Origin: an uncultured virus (IMG/VR IMGVR_UViG_3300027396_000015)
Taxonomy: Duplodnaviria; Heunggongvirae; Uroviricota; Caudoviricetes
Virus record (IMG/VR): IMGVR_UViG_3300027396_000015
DNA: 64,000 bases
Reading direction: 5' to 3' (one strand)
Shown: one piece after another, positions 10,361 to 21,346 of the stretch
Layout: every line of letters starts with the position of its first letter
How positions within the stretch are numbered: the first letter of the stretch is position 1
The notes under the pieces: model-generated
Databases searched by the model: none
Told to the model about the DNA's origin: nothing
Seen by the model: the letters and a program-made list of their open reading frames with translations, nothing else
Made by a program: the position numbers and the translations under genes

Positions 10361-10746
10361 TTAAAGGTATTAATTCTAGTGGAAGATTTGTTACTGTATC
10401 TGGTGGCCAGCCCAGCAGTAACTATATTAGTCCTGGCTCCAGTGGTGCAGGTATGTTGCGGTATAACCCTAACACGAGTGCTATGGAAGTCAACGATGGC
10501 AATTCATGGCAACAACTAAACATGAATTATGCCACTGTTGAACTTACACAAGAAGCAGAAAGTTTGTTAGAGTGGGCACGTGAACAGCGTAGTAAGCAAC
10601 AGGCCAGAAAATATGCCGCAGAAAATAATCCCGCACTGAAGAAAGCATATGAAGCAATTCAACGTGCAGAAGAAAACTTTGATTTATTAGAAGCCATTGC
10701 TGGCAAATATGAATCCGAATCAGAACAAGTACAGAGTGCGCCATGA
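10357..10746 (+). CDS. Hypothetical protein
   Basis: 129-aa coupled ORF with SD AAGGAG. Confidence 0.7.
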   Translation: MIKGINSSGRFVTVSGGQPSSNYISPGSSGAGMLRYNPNTSAMEVNDGNSWQQLNMNYATVELTQEAESLLEWAREQRSKQQARKYAAENNPALKKAYEAIQRAEENFDLLEAIAGKYESESEQVQSAP

Positions 10747-10979
10747 GTAATATTAAAGTGAGATACGATGCTACCTGCGAAGTTAAACAGGAAAGTTCGG
10801 GTAGAGTTGTTCAAGCAGATGTTATGGCATTCAATGAAGGTCGTAACTTAACTGTGGTAATGAACAAAAGTGTTAAACTATTAATGAACTGGAATGGCAG
10901 AGTTTACGAAGGTCGTATGGCCGGAATGGATTTTATTAGTAACGGACCAAAAGGTCAAAAATATACAGAGGGCAGATAA
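10743..10979 (+). CDS. Hypothetical protein
   Basis: 78-aa coupled ORF. Confidence 0.7.
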   Translation: MSNIKVRYDATCEVKQESSGRVVQADVMAFNEGRNLTVVMNKSVKLLMNWNGRVYEGRMAGMDFISNGPKGQKYTEGR

Positions 10980-11695
10980 TGAACGTTGTAGTTTCAGATC
11001 TTGATAATATTTTTTCCGCAACTTATAAAGAAAAAGCCACGGAGTTTCAAGAAGATCCACTGGTGTTGTCTGTAAGTCTAAAAGAACTTATGGAGGGAAA
11101 TCCAGGTTCTTTTTATTCCATGGAAGACGACCGTGTAAAAAATAATATCAAAGATGAAACTAGAACATTAGCCGAAAAGATTAGAAAATATTACGGTAAG
11201 AAATACTTTTGGTCTAATCTTACTAATGCTAGAAATATCAGTGACTTTAGAAGTCGTGTTTGCTATTTGTTAGAAAATCGTATTCATACCTGCGAAGGCA
11301 AAGACCTAGGTATATATTATAAACTTCCTTACTTTTACGAAGAAGATATGATATACGATGATTTCAAAAAACAATATAACACCACAGATGTTCCACGTAT
11401 AATTCGTGGTATGGGTAAGCCTGTTAAGAGTCAACTAAAATTAAAGTATTTGAAGACTACTTCTAGCAGACAACAGAAGCGAAATATTAATCGTTTTTGG
11501 TTTACAGATGACCGTTATCTATACAACATCGAAGTAGCCAGCGATAATCCTTTATTGGAGATGTTTAAGCAGTTAGTTGTTGACAAGACTGAAGTTGCGT
11601 TTGATACCTTCTATGAAGTTGACAGGATAGATCAATTGTATTTTTATAAACTTTTTAATTTTACGTTAGCAAAGGAACATAATGAAATTTCGTAA
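10979..11695 (+). CDS. Hypothetical protein
   Basis: 238-aa coupled ORF. Confidence 0.7.
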   Translation: MNVVVSDLDNIFSATYKEKATEFQEDPLVLSVSLKELMEGNPGSFYSMEDDRVKNNIKDETRTLAEKIRKYYGKKYFWSNLTNARNISDFRSRVCYLLENRIHTCEGKDLGIYYKLPYFYEEDMIYDDFKKQYNTTDVPRIIRGMGKPVKSQLKLKYLKTTSSRQQKRNINRFWFTDDRYLYNIEVASDNPLLEMFKQLVVDKTEVAFDTFYEVDRIDQLYFYKLFNFTLAKEHNEIS

Positions 11696-11966
11696 GAAGC
11701 CTGTGATTATCGAGGCTGTACAATTTTTTTACACAGACGAATCTGTTGCACAGTTAGAAGAATTCTGCGGAGAATCTCTAGGCAACATTCGCAAAGAACA
11801 TAACAATGATCCAGCCGAAGCAGAAATACGCACATTAGAAGACGGTATAGGTTTAACAGTTAAACATATTGCCACCGAAGGCGATTGGATTATTAAAGGA
11901 GTGCAGGGCGAGTTCTATGCCTGCAAGCCAGATATTTTTGAACAAACTTACGAAAAGGTAGAATAA
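11682..11966 (+). CDS. Widespread small phage protein (RKKPV...GEFY.CKPDIF family), function unknown
   Basis: [15 protein letters not shown] and [25 protein letters not shown]. Confidence 0.8.
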   Translation: MKFRKKPVIIEAVQFFYTDESVAQLEEFCGESLGNIRKEHNNDPAEAEIRTLEDGIGLTVKHIATEGDWIIKGVQGEFYACKPDIFEQTYEKVE

Positions 11967-11967
11967 G

Positions 11968-12591
11968 ATGCCACATTTGGTGCCAATGGTAGTAGAGTCC
12001 ACAAACAAAGGCGAACGTGCCTATGACATTTATTCACGTCTATTAAAGGATCGTGTAATTATGTTAGACACCGACGTCAATGAACATTCAGCCAGTGTGA
12101 TTGTGGCACAACTGCTATTCCTCGAAAGTGAGAATAGCGAAAAAGACATTAGTCTGTTTATTAACAGTCCTGGTGGAAGTGTAACTGCGGGACTGGCTAT
12201 TTACGATACCATGCAGTTTATCAAACCAGATGTTGCCACTTACGTAGTTGGGCAGGCCGCAAGTATGGGATCATTCCTAGCGTCTGCTGGTGCAAAAGGT
12301 AAACGATTTGTATTGCCAGAAAGTCGCACAATGATTCATCGTGTTAGTTCAGGAACTCCTGGCACACGTGGTAGCGTACACGTACAAGAACTACAGTTCG
12401 AAGATGCTAAACGTACTTACGAGGAAAGTCAGCGTATCAACAAACGTCTAACTGAATTGTATGTTAAACACAATACGGCAGGTAAAACCTATGACGAAAT
12501 GTTTGGCGACATGAAGTTTGATACATTCTTATCTGCACAACAGGCTGTTGAATATGGACTTGCAGATAAAGTAATTGAGAAACGTGAATGA
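11968..12591 (+). CDS. clpP: ATP-dependent Clp protease proteolytic subunit
   Basis: [27 protein letters not shown] (catalytic Ser), MIH. Confidence 0.95.
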   Translation: MPHLVPMVVESTNKGERAYDIYSRLLKDRVIMLDTDVNEHSASVIVAQLLFLESENSEKDISLFINSPGGSVTAGLAIYDTMQFIKPDVATYVVGQAASMGSFLASAGAKGKRFVLPESRTMIHRVSSGTPGTRGSVHVQELQFEDAKRTYEESQRINKRLTELYVKHNTAGKTYDEMFGDMKFDTFLSAQQAVEYGLADKVIEKRE

Positions 12592-13151
12592 CCACATACG
12601 TAGACCATACTGGGCAATTTGAAAAATATAATTTTAGTTCTGTAATTACAGAACAAGACCAGGCCGATGCTATACAACGAATTACAGACATTGTAAATTC
12701 TGGACAGTATTTTAAAAACAGTCCCAAGTATCAAACACAGGTTAATTTATTTGGATTGCCTGACCCGCTTTGGATGAAATTTAGAATGAGTTTTATCTTT
12801 AGTGTGTTTATGTATTTAGGTAAAGAAGTAAAGATTAATCAATTAATGGCTTGGAGTTTCATGACTAACAATGAAATTACCGAGGATCGAGATAATCTTT
12901 GGCACACGCACCATTATACCGAAGGGAAAACTACTGTATCAGGCATTTGGTATTTAAAGATACCCACCGATGCAGACTATAAGTCAAGTGGTACAGAGTT
13001 TGCCCCTAACGGTGTCGGTCAGCCAGAACGAATCACCATAGAGCCTGTGCAGAATCATTGGTTAATATATCCTGGCAAGATATATCACAGACCAACTCCT
13101 CCACAGAGTAAAGAATTTAGATATGTATTAGCCGCAGATTTGGAGTTTTAA
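12588..13151 (+). CDS. Putative 2OG-Fe(II) oxygenase
   Basis: WHTH, SGIWYL, GTEF, IYP..IYH, RYVLAAD. Confidence 0.65.
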   Translation: MTTYVDHTGQFEKYNFSSVITEQDQADAIQRITDIVNSGQYFKNSPKYQTQVNLFGLPDPLWMKFRMSFIFSVFMYLGKEVKINQLMAWSFMTNNEITEDRDNLWHTHHYTEGKTTVSGIWYLKIPTDADYKSSGTEFAPNGVGQPERITIEPVQNHWLIYPGKIYHRPTPPQSKEFRYVLAADLEF

Positions 13152-13152
13152 T

Positions 13153-13458
13153 ATGACACAGGTAACAGATTTAGTAGAGTTTCAAAGTGATTGGTATGCT
13201 ACTGCCACAGAAGATGAACGCAAGTCATTTCGCGAATGGTTGATTAACGTTCTACGTATGCACGACACAGTGGAAGTAACATTCAAAAAAACTGATGGCA
13301 CACTGAGAGAAATGAAGTGTACTCTTAAAGAAGGCATTTGCCCTACAGTAGAGAACCCAAAAACTTCAGAAGTTCTTTGTACAGTTTGGGATACCGTAAT
13401 TGGCAATTGGCGTAGTTTTAAGTTTGAGAACATCCAAAAAATAAATTTCATGTTGTAA
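13153..13458 (+). CDS. WYL/SH3-like phage protein
   Basis: VTFKKTDGTLREMKCTL and VWD....WRSF. Confidence 0.7.
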   Translation: MTQVTDLVEFQSDWYATATEDERKSFREWLINVLRMHDTVEVTFKKTDGTLREMKCTLKEGICPTVENPKTSEVLCTVWDTVIGNWRSFKFENIQKINFML

Positions 13459-13748
13459 TGAAACCACAGTTCCGAATCGACAAAAGAGACGGGTTTTGGA
13501 CTGCTGACGTTTATTATGTTACCCAAAGTGGACAACAAGAACTCTTTCCGGAATGGGACGGGTTTGAAGAACCGTTTAGCGAATCTACTTACCAAAATAT
13601 AAGTAATTGGTGTTACAATACGTTTAAGACGTATATTTGGCCCAAAAGAGCTCGCAGAATGAGCTATACCCAATTTTGGTTTAAGAATAAAAAGGATTTG
13701 GATTGGTTTGTTCTGTATTGGAGCGGAGTTGACATTTCGGAAGAGTGA
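13458..13748 (+). CDS. Hypothetical protein
   Basis: 96-aa coupled ORF. Confidence 0.65.
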   Translation: MKPQFRIDKRDGFWTADVYYVTQSGQQELFPEWDGFEEPFSESTYQNISNWCYNTFKTYIWPKRARRMSYTQFWFKNKKDLDWFVLYWSGVDISEE

Positions 13749-13757
13749 CTATATAAT
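13729..13757 (+). promoter_or_regulatory. sigma70-type promoter
   Basis: Perfect consensus TTGACA-N17-TATAAT. Confidence 0.85.
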
Positions 13758-13788
13758 ATGTTTATTAAGTTAATTAACAGGAGCAAAA

Positions 13789-14985
13789 ATGGCTACTAAG
13801 ACAGCAACCAAAACCCGTGTAACCAAAAAGCAAGTTATTGCACACCGCACTCGTGCAGTCAAAGATACTAGCCCAAATTGGGAAGGTTGCGAATCTTGGG
13901 ATGCCGACAAGTTCCATAAACACTTTCGTAGTAGCATGGACTACTATCGTTTAGAAAGCGACATTAAAACTTACAAGCCAATTATTGTTAAGTGGATGAC
14001 TGATGCAGGCTGTGCTAAAGAAGACATTGTTGCTATTAAGAAAGTCAAAGACAATCGTATCAGCACCACAATGGGCGCCATTGCTCACTGTCTGTTACGT
14101 GGTATGACTCCGCAACGTGCAGACTTTAACAGCGGCAAGGACACCGCCGCTTGGTTGCGTAATGCCATTGTCAATGTAATCCTCGAAGGCAAAGACGATA
14201 CCGAGGGCGAAGAAAAAGTTGAAGTCAAAAAAGAAGTGTACACTCCTAGCATTCAAGAACGTCTGCGTGAAGTTGCGCTGAATATGACTGAAGAAATTGA
14301 AAAGGCCTATGAGTCGTTTCAAATCGATCCGGAAAACTTTGATCCAAAAGCATTTAAGGTTCTTAATTTGTTGAAGAGCCAGCAGGCCAAAGCCGCACAC
14401 GCTCGTATCATTCGTGACTTTTATGCTCGCGATTTGGCAGAACTAGAAGAGCTTGCCAGCGGTAAAGCAGACGAACAGTTGAAAGAAGGTTACAGTCATC
14501 GTAGCAAAAAGCAGATTCGTAACTTCATTACATTTTTGCAGGAGATTCAAAACGCCTGTACTATGTTAATGCAGGAAGCCAAAGTGAATCGTGCTCCTCG
14601 TGCTAAGAAAGCAGTCAGTGTTGACAAACTTGTTGCTAAACTCAAGTACAAGAAAACTGACGAGCCATTGAAATTGGTGTCAATTAATCCTACTGACATT
14701 ATCGGTAGCAAGGAGTTGTGGGTTTATAACACTAAGAGCCGTAAGTTGGGCAAGTATGTTGCCAACGAATATATGGAATTAGGTGTTAAAGGCACCACAA
14801 TTACCGGCTTTAGCGAAACACTCAGCATTATGAAGACTGTGCGTAAGCCAGAGGAAAAGATGAAAGAGTTCAAAGCCGCTGGTAAGGTGCAGTTGCGTAA
14901 GTTCTTAGACGAGATTAATGCTACAGAGGCTCGTATGAATGGACGCATTAACGAAGAGATTATTCTTCTTAAGGCTAGTTCTTAA
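13789..14985 (+). CDS. Conserved hypothetical early protein, basic
   Basis: 398 aa; SD AGGAG; own promoter. Confidence 0.8.
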   Translation: MATKTATKTRVTKKQVIAHRTRAVKDTSPNWEGCESWDADKFHKHFRSSMDYYRLESDIKTYKPIIVKWMTDAGCAKEDIVAIKKVKDNRISTTMGAIAHCLLRGMTPQRADFNSGKDTAAWLRNAIVNVILEGKDDTEGEEKVEVKKEVYTPSIQERLREVALNMTEEIEKAYESFQIDPENFDPKAFKVLNLLKSQQAKAAHARIIRDFYARDLAELEELASGKADEQLKEGYSHRSKKQIRNFITFLQEIQNACTMLMQEAKVNRAPRAKKAVSVDKLVAKLKYKKTDEPLKLVSINPTDIIGSKELWVYNTKSRKLGKYVANEYMELGVKGTTITGFSETLSIMKTVRKPEEKMKEFKAAGKVQLRKFLDEINATEARMNGRINEEIILLKASS

Positions 14986-17063
14986 GTAGCACTAGCGTTA
15001 ATTGTAATCACAGGACTTAGTCCAACAAGGGTTCCGGTAGTGGACCCTTGTCTCACACCAATTCTAAATGTTTCTGCGGCTTCTGCTCCGTCCGTGGCAC
15101 GAATAGAAACTATACCGTTAATAAAATAGTTTCCTTGGCTGGTAATATTAAACGAATACGGTAGTCCGCTAACGTCTGCGGCTACAGCAGAGCTGGTGCT
15201 TTCAAATGTTAACCAATATGTTCCTTGAACCATTCCGTTAGGAGACGATAATGGTGTAGTTACTGTAATGTTTAATCCGTTACCTTCACTAGCAGGGTTC
15301 GGAGAAACTGCAGAAATTGTCATCGATGAATCGTATAATATTATCTGTCCACTAGTTACTAATACTGTTCCTGATATAGAACCTTCTCTAATTTGAACTG
15401 TAAACACTTGGACACTATTAGTTTCTGCTACAGTATCAGAGGCCGCACCGATAGTTAATGTAGTTGTTTGATTTAATGAAGTTGTTGTGAAAGATCCTGA
15501 TAGACTTCCTGTAGAAATATCTGTGGTCAATAGTGTTCCAGATACGTTATTAAATGTATAATAATATGTTCCAGCAGGCCCAAGGTTTCCTACTTGTAAT
15601 GTAGTCGATGTAGCATACCCGGATATGTTGCCTGCCATTTCTGCAATAGTACTATTGGCAGTAAATGAAGTAAATGGTGTCAATGAGGTATCAAGTATCG
15701 TTACACTAGTTGATACAATAATAGTTCCGCTAGTACTGCCACTTCGAACTTGTACGTTCATAGTTTCAGATCCTTCGGTTGTTCTATCCGAAGACGTAGT
15801 GATGCTAAATGTGCCCGTGCCGTTTTCTATTCCACCAGTACTACCGCTTATTGTAAATGAGCCGCTAGTAGCAGTTACATCGCCTGCACTAATACCAGAT
15901 GTTGTCCAGTAGTATGTTCCGTCTGGGCCAACATTGGCTGCGGTGAACGATACACTACTTCCTTCGTTTACAGTTGCCGCGTCAGGTGTTAATGTTGGTG
16001 TAATAGAAATATCTGTTATAGTTATTTCATCACTGGCGCCAATAATTGTTCCTGTAATCGATGTTTGTCTTACTGCAACAGAAAACGTTTCGGTACCTTC
16101 TGTAAATAAATCCTTTGCAGGTGTTATATTAAATGATCCGCTATTGCTGGTCATTGTAAATGTACCAGACAAGGATGCAGAGGTAAAATCAGATGTAGTA
16201 ATTGCTGTACTACCGGATGCTTGTTCAATTGTATAGTAGTATGTTCCATCTGTAACGTTTGTTCCAGCAATAGTAAACGTAATTGCACTACCCTCGCTGC
16301 CTGTAAGAGTAGATGGAGTTACTGTAGCAGATACTACTGTTACTGTTGGCGGCGTTACATAATTTTCAGTATATGGAGATTCAGCAATATATGTTACAAG
16401 ATTGTTTGTCACTGCTATCGCATTGGCTGAACTATCAGTAGTAAATGTTCCACTAGATTTTACATTTAATAATAGAGATGCGGTTGCACCCTGACTTGTT
16501 CTAGTAAAAGGAACTTTGCTAGGAGTAAATCCTGTAGTGTATAACGCACTCTTAGAAATTCTTAAATTGGTTAAGTAACCCAATGCTGGGTAAGTACTAT
16601 TGCCCGGATACCATTGCCCCACACACGGATTATATGTTGTATTAGTAGCATAGTTATTAGTACAGGTTGCAGAAGCATAGGCTACACCGTTTACGAACAA
16701 TCTAGCACTACCACTGTTTCGAACTAAAGCAATATGATTCCAAGTGTTTAATGTCAATGTTCCACCAAATGCTCGAATGGCGCCGCCTACTGTGGCAAAT
16801 ACAATTTGGCCATCACGTTGATAAATCCAAAGATAATTATTGTTACCAAACCATTGAGCATATAAAACTTTAATACCAGTCAAATTAGTAATTGGTTTCC
16901 ACCAAAACTCTATGGTAAAGTTTGCCGTACCGTAGGTTAAACTAGTTCCCGAAAATGTTAAGTACTGACTGCCGCCAACAAAGTACAAACTTCCTCCCGG
17001 CTGTATTCCAGAAGTTCCATATGATTGTACGCCTGCGCTACCTAATGTAGTTAATAATGGCAT
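14982..17063 (-). CDS. Virion/tail-associated protein with a LamG/ConA-like domain and repeated Ig/Calx-beta-like domains
   Basis: FTIEFW, WNHIALVRN..LFVNG; repeated EG..F.V.VR.GS.SGT units. Confidence 0.75.
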   Translation of the reverse strand: MPLLTTLGSAGVQSYGTSGIQPGGSLYFVGGSQYLTFSGTSLTYGTANFTIEFWWKPITNLTGIKVLYAQWFGNNNYLWIYQRDGQIVFATVGGAIRAFGGTLTLNTWNHIALVRNSGSARLFVNGVAYASATCTNNYATNTTYNPCVGQWYPGNSTYPALGYLTNLRISKSALYTTGFTPSKVPFTRTSQGATASLLLNVKSSGTFTTDSSANAIAVTNNLVTYIAESPYTENYVTPPTVTVVSATVTPSTLTGSEGSAITFTIAGTNVTDGTYYYTIEQASGSTAITTSDFTSASLSGTFTMTSNSGSFNITPAKDLFTEGTETFSVAVRQTSITGTIIGASDEITITDISITPTLTPDAATVNEGSSVSFTAANVGPDGTYYWTTSGISAGDVTATSGSFTISGSTGGIENGTGTFSITTSSDRTTEGSETMNVQVRSGSTSGTIIVSTSVTILDTSLTPFTSFTANSTIAEMAGNISGYATSTTLQVGNLGPAGTYYYTFNNVSGTLLTTDISTGSLSGSFTTTSLNQTTTLTIGAASDTVAETNSVQVFTVQIREGSISGTVLVTSGQIILYDSSMTISAVSPNPASEGNGLNITVTTPLSSPNGMVQGTYWLTFESTSSAVAADVSGLPYSFNITSQGNYFINGIVSIRATDGAEAAETFRIGVRQGSTTGTLVGLSPVITINASAT

Positions 17064-17072
17064 TGTTAAACC

Positions 17073-19007
17073 TTAAGCAAATCTAGCCTGACTAGCAATA
17101 ATTGTATATGTACTTGCGGCTGTTTTAATAATTGTAAATGAATATGAGTCAATGCTACTAGCATTACCGCCTGTCGGTGCGGCACCGCCTAACCATTTAG
17201 GAGTAACGGCAGATCCATCGACAGTAAACGCTGTTGGATAGTATGCTGTGCCGCCTTGTGTGGCTAGCAATACTACTGTTACACTCTGTCCTGTGGTTAA
17301 GAATGTATTCATTGTTGTACTTCCGTCACCACGGAAGTTCAGTGTCCAGTTTGCGGCTGCATTAGAGGAATAGTAAAACACACTATTTGTTTTGCAATCT
17401 AATGTTGTTGCGCCAGTAAGTGCCGCTGGGTTAACTGAAACCGTTTCAATTGTGCTAGTGCCAATGCTAAGTGTACTACTTGCACTGACTGTACTACCAC
17501 TGATAATACCACTGAATGTCCCTGCTGTAAGAACATTTGTGCTAGGATTGTAGGCTAAGTCTACATCAGTTCTAATATTTTCGTTACCTGTGGTTGTATC
17601 GACAAATGTTAGATAGTGTGCGGCATTAGTCGATGTTGCTGTTAATGCTACCTGACTTGCTGGTCCTGTAAACGCTGTGGCTGTAATTGTGCCTGCACTA
17701 AAGTCGCCGTTAGTATCACGGAATACAATAGTTGATGCTGTGTTGTTTGCAGTAGCATTTGAACTAACTGTAAATGTTCCACCTTCTGAACTCGAACTTC
17801 CTGATAGACCGTTACCGCTTACTCCGGCTGTAGCAACATAGTTACCTGTAGTATCTGTACCAAGTGCAACTGTATCACTGCCAACTGTTAATGCTACGCT
17901 AGTAACATCTGCCGATCCATCGATGCTGAATGAACCTGTTACATCGCCTGTGAATGTAACTGTACGAGCAGTATGCCATTTACTTGCAGTGGCGGCTTGT
18001 AAATTTGCCACAGCGGTAGTGCTAGCCACAGTAAATGGAGCAGTACCAGTTGTCTGAGTACTTTCAAATGTTGTTGCTTTTACATACCCACCAATGTTAG
18101 CATTTTCAAATACAGCAAGGCCGCCGGCGGTTAATTTTAATGCGCCAGTAGATGTATTACTACTGCCTGTAGCATTACTAATCGTAATTGCTGATGTAGT
18201 TGTTGCACCGCGGCTTGTAACATTTTGTAGTGTAGATGTAACAGCCAAATCTATGTTATCTGATGCTATTGGAGTTCCTGTTGCAGAAGTAATAGTTAAA
18301 ATTGTTCCGCTACCATCAACAGAGCCTACAGTAATTGTTACATTGTTGGCCGGATTCAATCCGCCTGGGAAATTAGTTCCATAGACTGTTACGGTATTAC
18401 CTGCGGCAAAACCAGTACCACCATTGCTAACGCTGGCCACATAGGTATTGTTAATAATTGAAATATTGAATACAGCATTAATGCCCGAGCCGCTAGTTGC
18501 ATTTTGAGCAAATGTCGATGGCAAAGTAACGGAATCCTGATAGGTAACTGTTAACTCTGTATGTGTTCCGTTAGTCAAAAGTGAAGCAGATAAATCTTCA
18601 ATTTGTTCTTGGCTAAATGGTAAACTAGGACTGTTAGAACCAATTGTAATCTGATTTGCGCCAGTTCTAGTAATAAGAATTGGACTTAGTGGATCTGGAT
18701 ATAATTCGATATCGCTAGTCTCTGCGCCTAGGTCGCGCTCTAAACGTAACTTTGTTGTGCCTAACGGTACATAAGTTTGATAATCTGGACCATGAATTGT
18801 AATGGTATCAGTTGTCTGTCCAGGCGTTGCTGTGGAACTATCCTCAATGCTAAATGCAATATTCTGCCCAGCAACAATGGTAGCAGTATCCGTGACGCTG
18901 TCTGCTTCAATTTCAGTATCTACAGTAATTGCGTTGGGGATAGTTGTAACGCTTTCGCTGGGTCTAAATCTTATTTTTCTAAAAAAATCGTAAAAGGCTG
19001 CTGGCAT
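17073..19007 (-). CDS. Tail fibre-like structural protein
   Basis: 644 aa, Thr/Ser/Gly-rich beta repeats, fibre-type C-terminus (KWLGGAAP..ID.YSF). Confidence 0.7.
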   Translation of the reverse strand: MPAAFYDFFRKIRFRPSESVTTIPNAITVDTEIEADSVTDTATIVAGQNIAFSIEDSSTATPGQTTDTITIHGPDYQTYVPLGTTKLRLERDLGAETSDIELYPDPLSPILITRTGANQITIGSNSPSLPFSQEQIEDLSASLLTNGTHTELTVTYQDSVTLPSTFAQNATSGSGINAVFNISIINNTYVASVSNGGTGFAAGNTVTVYGTNFPGGLNPANNVTITVGSVDGSGTILTITSATGTPIASDNIDLAVTSTLQNVTSRGATTTSAITISNATGSSNTSTGALKLTAGGLAVFENANIGGYVKATTFESTQTTGTAPFTVASTTAVANLQAATASKWHTARTVTFTGDVTGSFSIDGSADVTSVALTVGSDTVALGTDTTGNYVATAGVSGNGLSGSSSSEGGTFTVSSNATANNTASTIVFRDTNGDFSAGTITATAFTGPASQVALTATSTNAAHYLTFVDTTTGNENIRTDVDLAYNPSTNVLTAGTFSGIISGSTVSASSTLSIGTSTIETVSVNPAALTGATTLDCKTNSVFYYSSNAAANWTLNFRGDGSTTMNTFLTTGQSVTVVLLATQGGTAYYPTAFTVDGSAVTPKWLGGAAPTGGNASSIDSYSFTIIKTAASTYTIIASQARFA

Positions 19008-19032
19008 TTTAGGTATATTCCTGTGTTACCAA

Positions 19033-19063
19033 TATTTATGCTATGTTGGATTCTATATAAATA
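19033..19063. promoter_or_regulatory. Back-to-back T4-like late promoters
   Basis: CATAAATA on the - strand (19033-19040) and TATAAATA on the + strand (19056-19063), between divergent structural genes. Confidence 0.75.
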
Positions 19064-19070
19064 CTACACT

Positions 19071-20684
19071 ATGAGCTCAAACATCGACAAAATTCTTCAA
19101 GATTTAGGTGACGCACTAAAATCAGCCGCTAACGGTGGCACACTATCTAAGGGCATTTCTGATACTGCTACACGTGAGCAGATGATTGTTACAGATAAAG
19201 GTGTACAGGTTGGCGTATTAAGTGCTGACAGAATTAGCGGAAACATTCACGTAGAAGGCGTTCTTGGCGCTGGAAAAATTGTTGCCGCAGGTACTAGCGA
19301 ATTTGCTAACTTAAAAGTTAACGGCAAATTAGAAGCAGATACGCTGTTAGTTAAGAATGTTATTTCAGAACAAAGCCTAGAATCATTTACAAAATCCATT
19401 TCTTTTGCCAGCAGACAACTCAGCGATTTAGATGGTAAAGGCTTGCAATGGGACAGCCCAGATGTAAGTTATCAGTTTGTTTTTAAAGCAAACCCAAAAA
19501 GAATTTTCAGCACAGAATCTATTGATTTATACAAAGGTTCTAAGTATCAAATTGAAGGCACAGATGTTTTAGAGCGCACAAGATTAGGTAATTCAGTACG
19601 TGACAGTAACCTACGCACAGTGGGTCCTTTAGAAGAACTACGTGTTACAGGCGAAACAAACCTAGGTGACACAGTTTTTGTTAATGCCCTAGGAAGACTA
19701 GGTGTCAATACAGAAGAACCAAACGCAGTTATCAGTGCCGTTGACAATAATGTAGAAGTAATTTTAGGTGCGGATCAAGACTCAGTGGGTTTTGTAGGTA
19801 CTTGGGGCAGTAACAGTTTCAGTATTGTTACCGATAACACAAGACGTATTACAGTATCAGGAAACACTACAGAGTTTGGCAATGCTAAGAGCAAAGGCGC
19901 AATAGTCAAAGTTCACGGCAGATTAGAAGTAGACAGCATTGTATCTGACATCAGAATCGAAAAAACTAGTCCAATAGAATTTATAGCCAGTAAGGATAAC
20001 AGTATTTTTGGCAAGGGTATGCAATGGAAGGGCGAAGGTGGTACACGTCAGTTTATTATGCTTCCAAACCCTGACAGAATCTATTCTTCAGAAAGTCTTG
20101 AATTAGCAATTAACAAAGAATTCTGGATCGACGGTAAGAGTGTATTAAACAGAACTGACCTAGGAGTTAGCGTTGTTAACTCTAGTCTTACTCGTTTAGG
20201 CACACTGACATCATTAGATGTTGCTGGAACAGTAAACTTGTCAGACAGCATTACTGTACAAGACAGCGTAGTTACAATTAACAATTCTGTAACAATCAAA
20301 GACGGCTCGGGCACATTAAGATTATCCAGCAGTGGTATTACAGCAGATAAGTTTGGCATTGGCGAAGACTTTGAAGTAGATAACGCTGGCAGTATCCGTA
20401 TCGGTGACAAAAATAATACAACTAGAAATGTAAACATCTATGGACAACTAAGTGTAAACATTACCAACCCACAAGAAGATGCGGCATTCAGCGTAGACGG
20501 AATGATGGTTATCAATGGTAAACGCTTTGCACACGGCGTAGGTGCTCCTACAGAAAAAGCCTGGAACAAAGGCGATATCATTTGGAATAGCAGTCCAGTA
20601 AGAACTAGTTACGTTGGATGGATCTGCGTAATGAGCGGTACTCCTGGTACTTGGGAGCCGTTCGGTTATATTGGCGGAAGATGA
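19071..20684 (+). CDS. Putative virion structural protein
   Basis: Start MSSNIDK just after the late promoter; internal duplication (GLQW/GMQW..NP.RI.S.ES); C-terminal GW.C..SGTPGTW. Confidence 0.7.
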   Translation: MSSNIDKILQDLGDALKSAANGGTLSKGISDTATREQMIVTDKGVQVGVLSADRISGNIHVEGVLGAGKIVAAGTSEFANLKVNGKLEADTLLVKNVISEQSLESFTKSISFASRQLSDLDGKGLQWDSPDVSYQFVFKANPKRIFSTESIDLYKGSKYQIEGTDVLERTRLGNSVRDSNLRTVGPLEELRVTGETNLGDTVFVNALGRLGVNTEEPNAVISAVDNNVEVILGADQDSVGFVGTWGSNSFSIVTDNTRRITVSGNTTEFGNAKSKGAIVKVHGRLEVDSIVSDIRIEKTSPIEFIASKDNSIFGKGMQWKGEGGTRQFIMLPNPDRIYSSESLELAINKEFWIDGKSVLNRTDLGVSVVNSSLTRLGTLTSLDVAGTVNLSDSITVQDSVVTINNSVTIKDGSGTLRLSSSGITADKFGIGEDFEVDNAGSIRIGDKNNTTRNVNIYGQLSVNITNPQEDAAFSVDGMMVINGKRFAHGVGAPTEKAWNKGDIIWNSSPVRTSYVGWICVMSGTPGTWEPFGYIGGR

Positions 20685-21256
20685 TATCTGTATTTGGCAA
20701 CGGCGAATCCAGAAAACATTTAGATTTAAATTCACTTACAGAAACTAAAGTTGGCTGTAACGCCATACATAGAGACTACTCAGTCGACCATTTAGTCTGT
20801 GTAGACAGACGTATGGTACAAGAAGCACTGGATAGCCACTTTGCTGGCACAATCTATACTAGAAAAGATTGGGCACACTTCTACAAAAACAATCCTGTAA
20901 AAATATTACCAGACTTGCCTTACCAGGGCACTACTAGACCTGACGAGCCTTTTCAATGGGGCAGTGGTCCGTATGCTGTTTTGTTAGCCGCTATGCTAGA
21001 CGACCATGTAAACTTATTTGGTTTTGATCTACACAGCCCAACACAGTTTGTCAATAACATTTACAAAGATACTGCTAACTATGCAGATGCTACTAAACCC
21101 GCAGTGGATCCAAGGTATTGGATATACCAGATTGCTCGCGTGTTTGAATGTTTCCCCGATAAGTACTTTGTAGTTTTTAACAATACAGAATGGCAGATGC
21201 CCAGTAGTTGGCTTTTGGCAAATGTTAAATTCAAAACTATTGACAGTATAATGTAA
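20681..21256 (+). CDS. Putative glycosyltransferase/MptE-like Rossmannoid protein
   Basis: FGNGESR, GCNAIHRD, GSGP.A, LFGFD. Confidence 0.55.
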   Translation: MISVFGNGESRKHLDLNSLTETKVGCNAIHRDYSVDHLVCVDRRMVQEALDSHFAGTIYTRKDWAHFYKNNPVKILPDLPYQGTTRPDEPFQWGSGPYAVLLAAMLDDHVNLFGFDLHSPTQFVNNIYKDTANYADATKPAVDPRYWIYQIARVFECFPDKYFVVFNNTEWQMPSSWLLANVKFKTIDSIM

Positions 21257-21268
21257 TACCTATATACT
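21240..21268 (+). promoter_or_regulatory. sigma70-type promoter for queD
   Basis: TTGACA-N17-TATACT. Confidence 0.75.
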
Positions 21269-21275
21269 GTATCAA

Positions 21276-21320
21276 TAGAGGACTAGACGCTCACCCCTCT
21301 TTAAATACTCTGCGTGTCAT
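21276..21320 (+). ncRNA. Candidate preQ1-I-like riboswitch / structured leader
   Basis: Stem AGAGG/CCTCT, loop ACTAGACGCTCACC and an A-rich tail, located at the predicted transcript start upstream of queD. Confidence 0.5.
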
Positions 21321-21346
21321 CAAACTTAACTTAAAAAGGGCAAGAG

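Noticed and set aside
18777..19070. N-terminal extension of the 635-aa ORF in the track
   Set aside because: It overlaps the divergent gene and both late promoters. ATG 19071 is the better start.
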